A stretch of 63,953 nucleotides of DNA, filler included, from Acidimicrobiia bacterium (GCA_046759765.1; 7 parts of 7 records of this genome joined end to end with filler, not necessarily neighbours in it); one strand, 5' to 3'; positions 20,185 through 30,517 are shown, counted from the first letter of the whole stretch. Program-made: numbers and translations. The notes: generated by a model not told the origin, from the letters alone.

Positions 20185-20284
20185 NNNNNNNNNNNNNNNN
20201 NNNNNNNNNNNNNNNNNNNNNNNNNNNNTTAATTAATTAANNNNNNNNNNNNNNNNNNNNNNNNNNNNNNNNNNNNNNNNNNNN
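20185..20284. other. Artificial contig linker
   Basis: N run containing TTAATTAATTAA. Confidence 0.99.
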
Positions 20285-20695
20285 GCCCACCACCAGGATC
20301 TTCCGCGGAGAGAAGTGGATCCGCGACCTCGCGATATCGAGCCCCTGCACGAAGCCAGCACAGCCGCTGCCACCCAGGTCGTAAGTAGGCACGCTCCGCG
20401 CCCCAAGCCGGTCCTGAAGAAGGGCCGCGGTATCCGGTGTATACACCTCTGGTGTGTCCGTCGCGACGATGATTTCGTCGATGTCGCCTGCGTCAAGCCC
20501 GGCATCCTTGATGGCTCGCTCCGCGGCGACGGCCGAGAGATCGAGGGTGGACTCGTCGTCCGCTGCGAAGCGACGACGCTTGATCCCGGTTCGGGCGGTG
20601 ATCCACTCATCAGTGGTGTCGACCAACTCTGCCCAGTCGTCGTTGGTCATGATCTTCGAAGGAACGTATCCCCCGAAGCCAAGAATCCCGGCCAA
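20285..20695 (-). CDS. fabH: Beta-ketoacyl-ACP synthase III (3' end truncated)
   Basis: GGYVPSKIMTNDD...VDTTDEWITARTGIKRRR; catalytic GCAGF. TTG start at 20695 follows GGAGGGAG. Confidence 0.9.
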
Positions 20696-20759
20696 GGCTC
20701 CCTCCAGGGCCGCCTGGGGCGAGGCTAGACGTCCGCTACCGAACGGGCAGTTCAATGCG

Positions 20760-21341
20760 TTACGTCTGTGCCACCTCGGCGAGAGACACCGGACCCGCTC
20801 TCAGGACCCGCGGCGGAGTAACGCTGAAATCGACGACCGTCGAAGCCTCACCTCCGGAGCCGGAACCGTCCAGGTATCCGGCCACGTCGGCTCCGAACAT
20901 CAGCTCTGCTTCCGAGTGGTCAAAGGCAGGAGGCTGCCCCGACCGGTTTGCTGATGTAACCGCCAACGGCCCGGCCTCCGCCAGAAGCGCCAGGGCCGCG
21001 GGGTGATCGGGCACTCGCAGTCCCACCGTTTGTCGCTCCTGGTCGCCGATCCAGGTCGGCAGCTCGCGATTGGCGCGCAGAACAAGCGTGAGGGGCCCAG
21101 GCCAGTGGCGCGCCGCTACCTTGGCCACTTCATCAGTGAGCGCAGCTATGCGACGGGCATCGTCCAAAGACCCGACCAGCAAGCTCAGTGGTCGGTCTTG
21201 GCTGCGACCCTTGAGTTGGTAGAGCCGATCGACTGCTGCTCCCAGTCGGGGGTCAACCGCCAGCCCGTAGACGGTGTCAGTGGGCATGCCGACGATCTCG
21301 CCCTGCCGGAGCAGGAGGACGGCGTCTCCCACCGACTTCAT
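20760..21341 (-). CDS. tsaC: L-threonylcarbamoyladenylate synthase (TsaC/Sua5/YrdC)
   Basis: PTDTVYGL, LKGR, WPGPLT, GLRVPDHP, TSANRSG. Confidence 0.96.
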   Translation of the reverse strand: MKSVGDAVLLLRQGEIVGMPTDTVYGLAVDPRLGAAVDRLYQLKGRSQDRPLSLLVGSLDDARRIAALTDEVAKVAARHWPGPLTLVLRANRELPTWIGDQERQTVGLRVPDHPAALALLAEAGPLAVTSANRSGQPPAFDHSEAELMFGADVAGYLDGSGSGGEASTVVDFSVTPPRVLRAGPVSLAEVAQT

Positions 21342-22138
21342 GAGCGTGCCACGATGTAGCGCCGCTTACCTGCGAGATCATGCATTACCTCGGCCCGGAG
21401 TGACGCGCCGAACAGCTCTAGCGCTCTCTCGCTTTGAGTCTCGCCGATTTCACAGAAGAGCCAGCCTCCCGACCCCAACCACTCAGCGACCTCTGAGGCG
21501 ATGCGCGCAATGACCTCGTCGCCGCGTGGGCCGGCTACCAGGGCATCCCTGGGCTCGTACGAGCGGACCTCGATTGGCAGCTCGGCGAAATCGGCCTCGG
21601 CGACATAGGGCGGGTTGGCGACGATCAAGTCGACTCTCCCACGGAGCTCAGGCGGCAGGGGCGCGAAGAGATCCCCTTCTAACAACTCGACACCGAGGCC
21701 GAGACGCGAGGCGTTCATCTTGGCGACTGCCAACGCCCCTCGGGACCGGTCGGTGGCCAGCACCCGAGCAGAGGGAAAGCTGTGCTTGAGCGCGAGCGCC
21801 AGGTTGCCCGAACCGGTACACAGGTCGACGACGACGCGAGGGTTCTCGACTTTCTCCAAGAGCAGCTCGAACAAGTACTCGGTTTCCGGTCGAGGAACCA
21901 GGACCCGACTGTCGATTGCCACTTCGATCGGCCCAAACGGCACGGTCCCTTCGAGGTATTGGAGAGGTTCACCTGCCTTACGGCGAGCGGTCAGCCCGGC
22001 GAACTGCTGCTTCTGATCGTCGCCTAGAGCAAGGCCGGTGACGAGATCCGCTCGGGCTGCGCCGGTAACGACCATCAACAGCCGCTCCACCTCATAAGGG
22101 GGTAGCTCATACTCGTCAGCCAGCGCGCGAACCAACAT
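21338..22138 (-). CDS. prmC: Release factor glutamine methyltransferase PrmC/HemK
   Basis: GEPLQYL, LVPRPETE, DLCTGSG, NPPY. Start set at ATG 22138. Confidence 0.96.
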   Translation of the reverse strand: MLVRALADEYELPPYEVERLLMVVTGAARADLVTGLALGDDQKQQFAGLTARRKAGEPLQYLEGTVPFGPIEVAIDSRVLVPRPETEYLFELLLEKVENPRVVVDLCTGSGNLALALKHSFPSARVLATDRSRGALAVAKMNASRLGLGVELLEGDLFAPLPPELRGRVDLIVANPPYVAEADFAELPIEVRSYEPRDALVAGPRGDEVIARIASEVAEWLGSGGWLFCEIGETQSERALELFGASLRAEVMHDLAGKRRYIVARS

Positions 22139-22164
22139 CCCCTCAGTGTCGCAGGATGGCGCGC

Positions 22165-23310
22165 TCAGAGCCGATGGAGCCGCTCGATCGCCTCCCGCAG
22201 CGTGGCCAGATCCTTTGAGAACGAGAAACGAACCAGGGAAGCCCCGTCGGATGGAGCGTGATAGAAGACGCTCGGGGGGATCGCCGCCACCCCACACTCG
22301 GTTATGAGATGGCGGCAAAACGCTCGATCATCCTCGAACCCGAACCCGGTGTGGTCCGCCATCGCGAAGTAGGTGCCTTCGGGTCGGAAGGGATTGAGGC
22401 CGACATCGGCCAATCCCTCGACTAGGAGGTCACGCCTAGCTCGGTACGAGGCACGCAACTCCTCGTAGAACGACTCATCGGCCTGCAGGGCGGCGACGGC
22501 GCCGTGCTGAACGGGGGTGGGAGTGGTGAAGGTCAGGAACTGGTGTGCCGACCGAACTCCCCGCGTCAGGTCGGGAGGAGCGATGGCCCAGCCAACCTTC
22601 CACCCGGTCAGCGAGTAGGTCTTCCCGAGCGACGAGAGAGTGATCGTCCGCTCCCCCATCCCGTCGAACGTCGCCAAGCGTAGGTGGTCCGGCTCATAGG
22701 TCATCCACTCATACACCTCGTCAGAAATGGCGAGGGCGTCGTAGGCGTTGCAGAGGGCGGCTACGGTTTCCAGCTCCTCGGCGCTGAAGACCTTTCCGGT
22801 CGGGTTGTGGGGCGTGTTGACCAGCACTGCCTTGGTCTGTGGGGAGAAGGCCGCCTCCAAGTCGTCGGTGTTTAGTCGAAAGTCCGGCGGCCGCAGCGTG
22901 ACAAACCGCGGCACGGCCCCGGCCAGTGCGACGTTCACCGGATACGTGTCGTAGAAGGGCTCGATGATCACGACCTCGTCGCCCGCGTCGACGAGCCCGA
23001 GGAAGGAAGCGGCCAGCGCCTCGGTGCAGCCTGTCGTCACCGTGACTTCGGCGCCTGGGTCTATGTCCCGCCCCAGAAGCGGTCCGTAACGACGGGCTAT
23101 TGCCGCCCGAAGATCGGGCACGCCCGAGCTGGCCGGGTACTGGTCATGTCCGCCGGTCATCGACTGAGCAGCCGCTTCTTTGATGAAGTCGGGCCCGTCC
23201 CAGTTGGGAAAGCCCTGACCCAGGTTGATGGCGTCATGTGCGTTGGCGAGCTCCGTGATCTCGGTGAAGATCGTGACCCCGAAGGGTTGGAGCCGTTTGG
23301 CGATCGACAT
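22165..23310 (-). CDS. PLP-dependent class I/II aminotransferase (YbdL/DapC-like)
   Basis: AINLGQGFP, NTPHNPTG, SDEVYE, SLGKTYSLTGWKVGW. Confidence 0.93.
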   Translation of the reverse strand: MSIAKRLQPFGVTIFTEITELANAHDAINLGQGFPNWDGPDFIKEAAAQSMTGGHDQYPASSGVPDLRAAIARRYGPLLGRDIDPGAEVTVTTGCTEALAASFLGLVDAGDEVVIIEPFYDTYPVNVALAGAVPRFVTLRPPDFRLNTDDLEAAFSPQTKAVLVNTPHNPTGKVFSAEELETVAALCNAYDALAISDEVYEWMTYEPDHLRLATFDGMGERTITLSSLGKTYSLTGWKVGWAIAPPDLTRGVRSAHQFLTFTTPTPVQHGAVAALQADESFYEELRASYRARRDLLVEGLADVGLNPFRPEGTYFAMADHTGFGFEDDRAFCRHLITECGVAAIPPSVFYHAPSDGASLVRFSFSKDLATLREAIERLHRL

Positions 23311-23394
23311 TGACAGGGAGCCTACGACAGAACCAAAGAAGCTATCCCGGCGACACCAAAGCGAGGAGCTAATCCCGTCTCGGGGTAGCCTCGG

Positions 23395-23907
23395 ATGGAG
23401 GTGTCCGACCGCCAGAAGAGCAGCGAAGAGTTGATCCGGGAGGCCAAGGAGTCGCTGCTGCGCCCTCCGACGAAGCGCGAGCCCGCGCCACCAGCGGAGT
23501 CATCCCCGGAGACTTCGCAGGCGCAGGAGCCAGAGCCGATCGCCTCGCGGCCTCGACGGACGAGCGCCAGGCAGGCGGTGGCCACCAACCCCGAGCCGAT
23601 GTCTGCTAGCGCCCGGCCGACGTCAATCACGCCCCAGCCCGAGTCTCACCCTGGCCCGGCCCCCAGCAGGGACCAGAGTGCCAGTCCGGTCCGAACAGGC
23701 TGGTGGAAGTTCATCGCCTTCATCACCCTCGGATGGGTGATCTTCGGCTGGATATCGATCATCACCGCGATCTTCGACCAGCCCTCGGACGTCCTCGAGC
23801 TGATGTTGGGCGGGGTTGTGATGACCCTGCTCCCGTTTCTGATCGGGGTCTATGCCATCAGACGCGGCAGGCGAGAGCGCGCAGCCGCAACCGATCGTCT
23901 GAGCTAG
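23395..23907 (+). CDS. Hypothetical membrane protein (disordered Pro/Ser-rich N-terminus, two C-terminal TM helices)
   Basis: The ORF fills the intergenic gap and has hydrophobic segments WWKFIAFITLGWVIFGWISII and LMLGGVVMTLLPFLIGVYAI. Confidence 0.7.
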   Translation: MEVSDRQKSSEELIREAKESLLRPPTKREPAPPAESSPETSQAQEPEPIASRPRRTSARQAVATNPEPMSASARPTSITPQPESHPGPAPSRDQSASPVRTGWWKFIAFITLGWVIFGWISIITAIFDQPSDVLELMLGGVVMTLLPFLIGVYAIRRGRRERAAATDRLS

Positions 23908-24041
23908 GCCGATTCGGCCTCGGCGAGGACTTGTTTCTCCGGTACGGGCTCCTCCTCGACCGGCTCCTCGATTGGCTCCTCCCAGACCGGCTCCTCGACG
24001 GGCTCAACCTCCCAGACGCGCTCGATCTCACCTATGTCCAT
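23904..24041 (-). CDS. 45-aa acidic Glu/Pro-repeat micropeptide (below the ORF-track cut-off)
   Basis: AGGAGG SD 5 nt before ATG 24041. MDIGEIERVWEVEPVEEPVWEEPIEEPVEEEPVPEKQVLAEAESA, TAG at 23904-23906. The start overlaps the stop of the upstream gene. Confidence 0.75.
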   Translation of the reverse strand: MDIGEIERVWEVEPVEEPVWEEPIEEPVEEEPVPEKQVLAEAESA

Positions 24042-25285
24042 GACTGCCTCCTATCCAAGATCTCAACTCCGTAGCGGGCATGCAGCCCGGTCGTGACCAG
24101 TTCCATGAAGTCATCAGCGGGCACCTTGGAGGCGGGGATGACCTCCGCGTGCTGGCGGCACAGCGGCACGTACTCGTCGGAATCAATGACCACCAGCGCC
24201 GTCGGCTCAGAACATGCATGCGCCAGCCATGTCTCCGGCGTGCACGGCCAGCGGCACCCTAGGCGAACCAGCAGCGGCCCAATGATCCTCGCCCGTTCGG
24301 CTCGGTAGCCCTTGGTCCCTTCGAGGACCCGGCCCCAGAGACGCACCGGACCCTCCGCCCAAACCCCGACGTCTGTCCACGCGGTCCCCTCCGGATCCTT
24401 CATCGCATATATGCCACAACGGCAGTCGAGGTGCGGAGCGGGATGCGGGGTAGGAAGTGGTCCCCAGTTGGGCCAGCGCTGATAGGGCGAACAGGTGGCC
24501 TCCATGTCCGACTGCTGCCAGACGGCCGGGACGACCACGCCGCTGAGGATCGGATCCGTACCTTCGAGCTTGATGACCGACCCCGGCACGACGGACCACC
24601 GACGCCATCCCACGAAGGGCGTGATGGTCAGTTCCGGCTCCTCCAACCTCCTGCGATTTCGTGGGGTTGATCCGAGCAACACTGCGGCCGGCCATGCGTA
24701 GGCGGGTCGAACAACGCCTGAGGCGAGGGGAAGTGACCAGGACGACGTGGGTCGTCGGCCTTCGACTCGGATCAGGTCTCGCTCTCTGACGCTTAGCAGG
24801 GCCTCGTTGATAGCCGCCGCGGCCGAGCTATCGATGGATATCTGCGCGGCCGCCAATCGGATGACTGCCCATCCGCTACGGAGCCGGCGAGCAACCCCCA
24901 GCTCGATTCCGGAGCGGCGCCTGCGGATGAGGTCGTACGACAAGGCGCCGAGCACGTAACTGATCATGACGGCCATTCCAAGGGCAACCCATGCATCGCC
25001 CAACTCCCACTGACTAGGAAGCGGAAGGTCGATGATGGCGCCCGCCAAGCCACCGATCAGGCTGCCGACCCAGGCGACGACCATCCCGACGGTTCCCGCG
25101 ACAAAGAAAACGATCAGTGCTCCGAGAAACCCACGGGCCGCCGCCCGAAGCGCGAGCAAAACCATCCGTACTGCTACGGCCGGGAAGCCCACCGTGTAGG
25201 TGATGATCGAAGCCCCGAGGCGACCAATGCGGCCGGAATCCCGTCTGAGCCGTCTGTGCCCTGAGCGCATTGCGTGAGCTGTCAT
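24032..25285 (-). CDS. Hypothetical membrane protein with a C-terminal Cys/His-rich domain
   Basis: N-terminal TM segments, then VGWRRW, ATC...HPAPHLDCRCGIYA, LWGRVLEGTKGYRAERARI, CRWPC...HAC...LCRQH. Start uncertain. Confidence 0.7.
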   Translation of the reverse strand: MTAHAMRSGHRRLRRDSGRIGRLGASIITYTVGFPAVAVRMVLLALRAAARGFLGALIVFFVAGTVGMVVAWVGSLIGGLAGAIIDLPLPSQWELGDAWVALGMAVMISYVLGALSYDLIRRRRSGIELGVARRLRSGWAVIRLAAAQISIDSSAAAAINEALLSVRERDLIRVEGRRPTSSWSLPLASGVVRPAYAWPAAVLLGSTPRNRRRLEEPELTITPFVGWRRWSVVPGSVIKLEGTDPILSGVVVPAVWQQSDMEATCSPYQRWPNWGPLPTPHPAPHLDCRCGIYAMKDPEGTAWTDVGVWAEGPVRLWGRVLEGTKGYRAERARIIGPLLVRLGCRWPCTPETWLAHACSEPTALVVIDSDEYVPLCRQHAEVIPASKVPADDFMELVTTGLHARYGVEILDRRQSWT

Positions 25286-25380
25286 CGCGCCCGGTAACGG
25301 TATCAGCCGTCCCCGACACGAAGCGCGTCCCAGAACTGTCTAATTCACAGTTCGTTGTTTGTTCCCGGCCTTAGGCTCTA

Positions 25381-27036
25381 GTGGCTGTGGCCATCTCCGT
25401 AACCGACCTGGAATTCGGCTATCCCGGCGCGGAGACCCTGTTCTTCGAGGTCTCCTTCAAAGTTGCCGAGGGTGAGCGTGCTGCGCTCATCGGTGACAAC
25501 GCGGTGGGAAAGTCAACGCTGCTCCGGATACTGGCAGGACAGCTACAAGCTGAAGAGGGCACCGTGCAGATCGATGGAACCGTGCTGCACATGCCCCAGT
25601 CGATCGGTCAACAGGACGACCCGATCACAGTCCGAGAGTTTATGGCCGCGCTTTCTTCGCCCCGCATTCGCATAGCAGCCGAGACCCTTTGGTCAGCCGA
25701 AAGGGCTAACCAGACCGATGCCACCACCGCTTCCGGCATGGAGCTCGCAGCGGCTATATCGGAATGGGAGGGAGCAGGAGGATTCGAAGTAGAGAGCCAT
25801 TGGGACGCCTGCACGACCGTCGTGCTACGGCAGCACCTCTCCGACGCCGCCCTTCGACCCGTTCGCGAGCTTTCGGGCGGCGAACGCAAGCGCCTGGCCT
25901 TGGAGTTCCTTCTCTCCTCGGATGTCGAGGCCCTCGTGTTGGACGAGCCAGATAACTTCCTCGACATCCCCGCCAAACGGTGGCTGGAACGCCAACTGAT
26001 CGGGTCACGGAAGACAATCCTGATGATCAGCCACGACCGCGAGCTACTGACCAGAGCGGTCGACAAAGTCGTGACCCTCGAAGGGTCGGGAGCATGGGTG
26101 CACGGAGCTTCCTTCGCCACGTACCACGAAGCTCGCGACGCCCGCAACCGACGTCTCGGTGATGCGCTACAGCGCTGGAAGCACGAAGAGCGGCGACTCT
26201 ACTGGCACTTCAAGATCATGAAGCAGAGGGCCTCGGTCAACGACGGGAACGCACCAAGGGCAAAAGCGGCCGAGACACGATGGGAGAAGTTCGTCGCGGC
26301 CGGGCCTCCGCCGGCCCCGCCTCCGGACCAGAGGGTGAGCATGAATCTCTCGGGTGGGGATTCGGGGAGAGTGGTTCTGCGCAGCACCCATCTCGAGCTC
26401 TCGGGTCTGACAGATCCCTTTTCCGTCGAGGTTCGTTACGGCGACAGGTTGGTTGTCTTGGGAGCCAACGGGTCAGGAAAGACTCACTTCCTGAAGCTGC
26501 TCGCCGGGGACAACGTCGCCCACGAGGGCGAGCTTCGCACAGGAGCACGGGTCGAGCCGGGAGCGTTCAGCCAGACCAACGACCGGGGCGACCTTCACGG
26601 ACGAACGCCGTCCGAAGTCCTTTCGGACCACCTTTCGGGGCGCGAGGCGATCATGCGGTCTCTCGCTCGCTATGGGCTGGCCGACGTCTGGGACCTCGAC
26701 TTTGCGCAGCTGTCAGGGGGACAGCAGGCCCGCCTCCAGATTCTCACGTTGGAAGCGCAGGGAGCCAACCTGCTTCTTCTCGATGAACCGACCGACAACC
26801 TGGATCTCATCTCGGCGGAGGCATTGGAAGAAGCGCTCCTGGGATTTCGGGGCACCGTCGTCGCCGTCACTCACGACCGCTGGTTCATGCGATCCTTCGG
26901 TCGGTTTCTGATATTCGGTCTGGACGGTTCGGTCACCGAGGCACTCGACCTCTCGTCCGCCCTCTCCGTGATCGGCGATGCGCCGACCGAAGCGCGGGCC
27001 CACCTCGTACCGCTCAGTAGCTCGCGCAGCCAGTGA
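25381..27036 (+). CDS. ABC-F family ribosome-associated ATPase
   Basis: Two NBDs and no TMD: GDNAVGKST/LSGGERKRL/LDEPDNFLD/ISHDR and GANGSGKT/LSGGQQARL/LDEPTDNLD/VTHDRWF. Confidence 0.93.
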   Translation: MAVAISVTDLEFGYPGAETLFFEVSFKVAEGERAALIGDNAVGKSTLLRILAGQLQAEEGTVQIDGTVLHMPQSIGQQDDPITVREFMAALSSPRIRIAAETLWSAERANQTDATTASGMELAAAISEWEGAGGFEVESHWDACTTVVLRQHLSDAALRPVRELSGGERKRLALEFLLSSDVEALVLDEPDNFLDIPAKRWLERQLIGSRKTILMISHDRELLTRAVDKVVTLEGSGAWVHGASFATYHEARDARNRRLGDALQRWKHEERRLYWHFKIMKQRASVNDGNAPRAKAAETRWEKFVAAGPPPAPPPDQRVSMNLSGGDSGRVVLRSTHLELSGLTDPFSVEVRYGDRLVVLGANGSGKTHFLKLLAGDNVAHEGELRTGARVEPGAFSQTNDRGDLHGRTPSEVLSDHLSGREAIMRSLARYGLADVWDLDFAQLSGGQQARLQILTLEAQGANLLLLDEPTDNLDLISAEALEEALLGFRGTVVAVTHDRWFMRSFGRFLIFGLDGSVTEALDLSSALSVIGDAPTEARAHLVPLSSSRSQ

Positions 27037-27049
27037 AACCTCTGGCGGG

Positions 27050-27739
27050 CTAGAAAGGCACCCGCACCGCCTCGCACAGGAACCGCATGAAGGGAGTCCC
27101 CGCCTTGCTTATCTGGGTGTAAGTATCCATGAAGTCGTCGGCGGTGATCTCCGATTCCTTGAAACGGGCTGTCCCCAGAAAGTCTTTCCGCTTCAGGTCC
27201 TCTATCAGTGGATCCTCGGGGTCGAAGCTCTTCGGAGGACGGACCAAGGAGTCGCCTTCGAGGGTGTAGATGTCCGTGAACCGCTTGCTCCCGACCGCCC
27301 GTTTCCAGCGCGTCGACTCGTCGGCGATCTTGTGCCGAATGGCATAGGCGTCGGCGGTGGCGGGCCGCCAGAGACCCAGGCCGGCAAACGACTCTCCGGG
27401 CTCGATGTGTAGGTAGTAGCCAGGGGCGTGGACGTCCTCGCGGGTGGCAAAGTGTCGAAAGTGGATCCCCACGTGGGTCTTGTAGGGGGTCTTGTCCTTG
27501 GAGAACCTCGTGTCCCGCTGGATCCGGAACAGCGAACCGCCGACAGTTCTCGAGTCCGCCACGAAATGGGGTGAGATTGCTTTCAGCGGTCGTGCGTAGT
27601 CCGTTATGAAGTCGAGGGACGGCTCCCGCACCTTCTCGATGAACCGATCCTTGTTCGCGTTGAACCAGTCGCGGTCGTTGTTGTTCGTTAGGTCCTCGAG
27701 GAATTCGAAAACGTCGCTGGTGAAGTATGCGTTTGCCAT
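27050..27739 (-). CDS. DUF2461 / TIGR02453 family protein
   Basis: NNDRDWFNANK, FRIQRDTRFSKDKTPYKTH, GYYLHIEP. Confidence 0.93.
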   Translation of the reverse strand: MANAYFTSDVFEFLEDLTNNNDRDWFNANKDRFIEKVREPSLDFITDYARPLKAISPHFVADSRTVGGSLFRIQRDTRFSKDKTPYKTHVGIHFRHFATREDVHAPGYYLHIEPGESFAGLGLWRPATADAYAIRHKIADESTRWKRAVGSKRFTDIYTLEGDSLVRPPKSFDPEDPLIEDLKRKDFLGTARFKESEITADDFMDTYTQISKAGTPFMRFLCEAVRVPF

Positions 27740-27804
27740 CCGGGCACCGTAGCGGGTTTTCGCTGGCCTGGCTCCGGACTCGCTCCGCTTGCCGAAGTTT
27801 GTCT

Positions 27805-27894
27805 CCCTCCCCCTGCGGCGCTGCGCCCCGCTTCCCCCTCCCGCTCAGCGGGAGGGGGTCAAGGGGGAGGTGGCCCGAAGGGCCGGAGGGGGTC
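27805..27894. repeat. REP-like GC-rich palindromic element
   Basis: CCCCCTCCCGCT-C-AGCGGGAGGGGG (27834-27858) followed by GGGGGAGGTGGCCCGAAGGGCCGGAGGGGG; related element at 48445. Confidence 0.7.
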
Positions 27895-27962
27895 GGGCTA
27901 ATTCGTCCATCTTTGGCCGACTGTGCGGGTAGCGTTCTGCCCCGTCCCGAGACCTGGTTCCT

Positions 27963-29711
27963 ATGACCGCGCCCGCACCTAGCTATCGAGCCACGCTCGT
28001 CACCTATCTCCGACCTCTTCGGAGCCAGGTGGCGCTGCTCGGAGCGGCGCTGTTGGGATCGATCGGGCTGCAGCTCGTGTTGCCTCTCATCCTGCAGCGA
28101 TTCATAGACTCAGCGCTGGCGGGAATAGCCGTTTCGAGCCTCATGGTGGCGGGCATCCTGTACTTGGTGGCCGGGGTGGTGAACCAACTACTCGCGGCGG
28201 TCGCCACCTACATGGGCGCCGATGTCGGCTGGGCTGCCACCAACAGGCTGCGGGAAGACCTGGCCGGCCATCTGGTCGGCTTGGACATGGGATTCCACGC
28301 CGACACCACCCCGGGAGAGATGATCGAACGGGTTGACGGCGACGTGACCGCGGTCTCCAACTTTCTTTCCCGATTCCTCGTCCGTCTCCTCGGCAGTGGC
28401 CTCCTCCTGATCGGCGTCCTCGTCGTCTCTTGGTTCCAGGACTGGCGCATTGGCGTGATCATGGCGCTGTACATCGTCGTATCTCTCAGTGTCATCGTCC
28501 GAATGCGGCGCTTGGCTGTCGACGCCTCGGAAGTGGAGCGCGAGAGCTCGGCCCGCCTGTACGGATTCATCGAAGAGCGGCTGGCTGGTTTGGACGACAT
28601 CCGAGCGAACGGTGCGGGCGGATTCACCATGCGCCGGTTCGCCGGGGTGATGCGCGACTACTACTACCGGACGGTCGCCGCCTGGAGAAAGCGAACGGTC
28701 TTCTGGGTGGCGGCGAACACCGTGTTCTGGGCCGGTGACGCGCTGGCGCTGGCGGTAGGCGTCTGGCTCGTCAACCAAGGGGAGATAACGATCGGGACCG
28801 CCTACCTGATCGTTCAGTACGTCGCCTTGATCCGAACACCTATTTAGCAGGTCGCGCAGGAGTTCCAGGAGCTGCAGAAGGCTGCCGGCGGCATCATCAG
28901 AATCGACAGGCTGCGAGGCCTCAGCAGCCGCCTCGACGAGCGCGGAGACCGGGTGCTTCCGTCGGGTCCACTTCCGGTCCGGTTCGAGAGCGTGTCGTTC
29001 GCATACGAGGAGCAGCCGGTTTTGACCGACGTGTCGTTTCGTTTGGAAGCCTCCACCGTGCTCGGGCTGCTTGGCCGCACTGGCGGAGGCAAGACGACCA
29101 TCACGAGGCTGATCGCCCGGCTCTATGACCCGACCGCAGGCAAGGTTCGCGTCGGTGGCGTTGACCTCCGGCAGTCCGATCCGGACTCTCTGCGCAGGGC
29201 CGTGGGTGTCGTCACGCAGGATGTCCAGCTCTTTGGCGCCACTGTCCGTGACAACCTGACCTTCTTCGACCCGGCCGCTGCGGACTCACAGCTTCTGAGC
29301 GTGCTGGATCGGGCCGGCCTCGGCGGCTGGGTACGGACGGTTGGCCTGAACACAAGGCTCGGCTCGGGAGGCGAGGGACTGTCGGCCGGCGAAGCGCAGC
29401 TGCTGGCCTTTGCCCGAGTCTTTCTTCAGGATCCGGGCCTGGTCATCCTTGACGAGCCATCGTCACGGCTCGACCCCGCCACCGAGGCTCTATTGGCCGC
29501 GGCTACCGAGCGGCTCTTCGCCGGAAGGACGGTGGTCATCGTCGCGCATCGGCTCGAGACAGTGCGCCTGGCCGACGAGATCATGGTGGTCGATGCCGGC
29601 CACGTGGTGGAGCACGGTCGTCGCGCGGATATGGCCTCGGATCCGAACAGTCACTACGCCCGCCTGCTGGCGGCCGGAGCTGCCTCCGAATTGCTGGGGA
29701 CCACGACATGA
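27963..29711 (+). pseudogene. ABC exporter (TMD+NBD half-transporter) interrupted by an in-frame TAG at 28845-28847
   Basis: The TMD ORF (27963) and NBD ORF (28953) are in the same frame. Reading through gives RTPI*QVAQEFQELQKAAGG...GRTGGGKTT...LSAGEAQL...LDEPSS. Confidence 0.75.
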
Positions 29712-30141
29712 GCCGGCCGTCAGGGATCTCAACGGTGCGGCTGGCGTGGGAGATGATGAAGTACCGGCCGGTTCTCTTTGTGGTTAGTGCCGTCCTCTGG
29801 GCCATCGTCCACCTGTCTCCAATCGCTCTCGGCCTCCTGATTGGGCTTGTCTTCAACACGCTGGCAGGAGAGACACCGGCCGCCGACAGCCCTTGGACAC
29901 CGGTAGCCGTTTTCGCGGCCGTGGCGATCGGGAGAAACGCGTTCATTTATGCCGGTGACATCGCGTGGATCAACTATTTCTTCGATCAGGCCCTGCAGCT
30001 CCGACGAAACCTGCTGGGCTGGCTCCTCGAGGCGCCTGGATCGCGAGTGCTTCCGTCGTCACCTGGCGAGGCTCTGTCGACGTTCCGGGACGATGTGGAT
30101 GACCTACTCGAGTACGTGGAGAACTACGTCGATCTCGCGGG
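29708..30141 (+). CDS. Partner ABC exporter half-transporter (3' end truncated)
   Basis: TM helices then SPGEALSTFRDDVD; ATGA overlap with the upstream gene. Confidence 0.85.
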
Positions 30142-30241
30142 NNNNNNNNNNNNNNNNNNNNNNNNNNNNNNNNNNNNNNNNNNNNTTAATTAATTAANNN
30201 NNNNNNNNNNNNNNNNNNNNNNNNNNNNNNNNNNNNNNNNN
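30142..30241. other. Artificial contig linker
   Basis: N run containing TTAATTAATTAA. Confidence 0.99.
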
Positions 30242-30517
30242 GAAGGCAAGTCGCTGAGAGTCACCTCACATTTCCACCTCTCAGCGGGACGCTGCCGAAA
30301 GCGCCGCCACGTCCGTGTCCTAAGGCTTTCCCCGCCGTCCAAACATAGCCATCCGATCGAGCGCGCGCTGAAGCTCGCTGAATCCTTTCTCCGCCCAGCT
30401 ACATCTGGGCCCAGCTTCGCCGACCAGCAGCCAGGCAGCTGCTTACGCGAAGTGGCGAGTCAGGCTTTGCTGATTGGTTCATATCACCAACAATCGAACG
30501 CGGTATCGCTCCAACCG

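Noticed and set aside
28845..28847. Pyrrolysine or genome-wide TAG recoding
   Set aside because: TAG is a normal stop for many genes here (for example infB, rbfA-adjacent DUF503, gcvP), the site is not catalytic, and no pyl genes are seen.
30242..30480. c-di-AMP (ydaO) riboswitch or other ncRNA at the contig start
   Set aside because: CGCTGAATCC and two hairpins are present, but the remaining conserved elements are missing and the 5' context is cut off.
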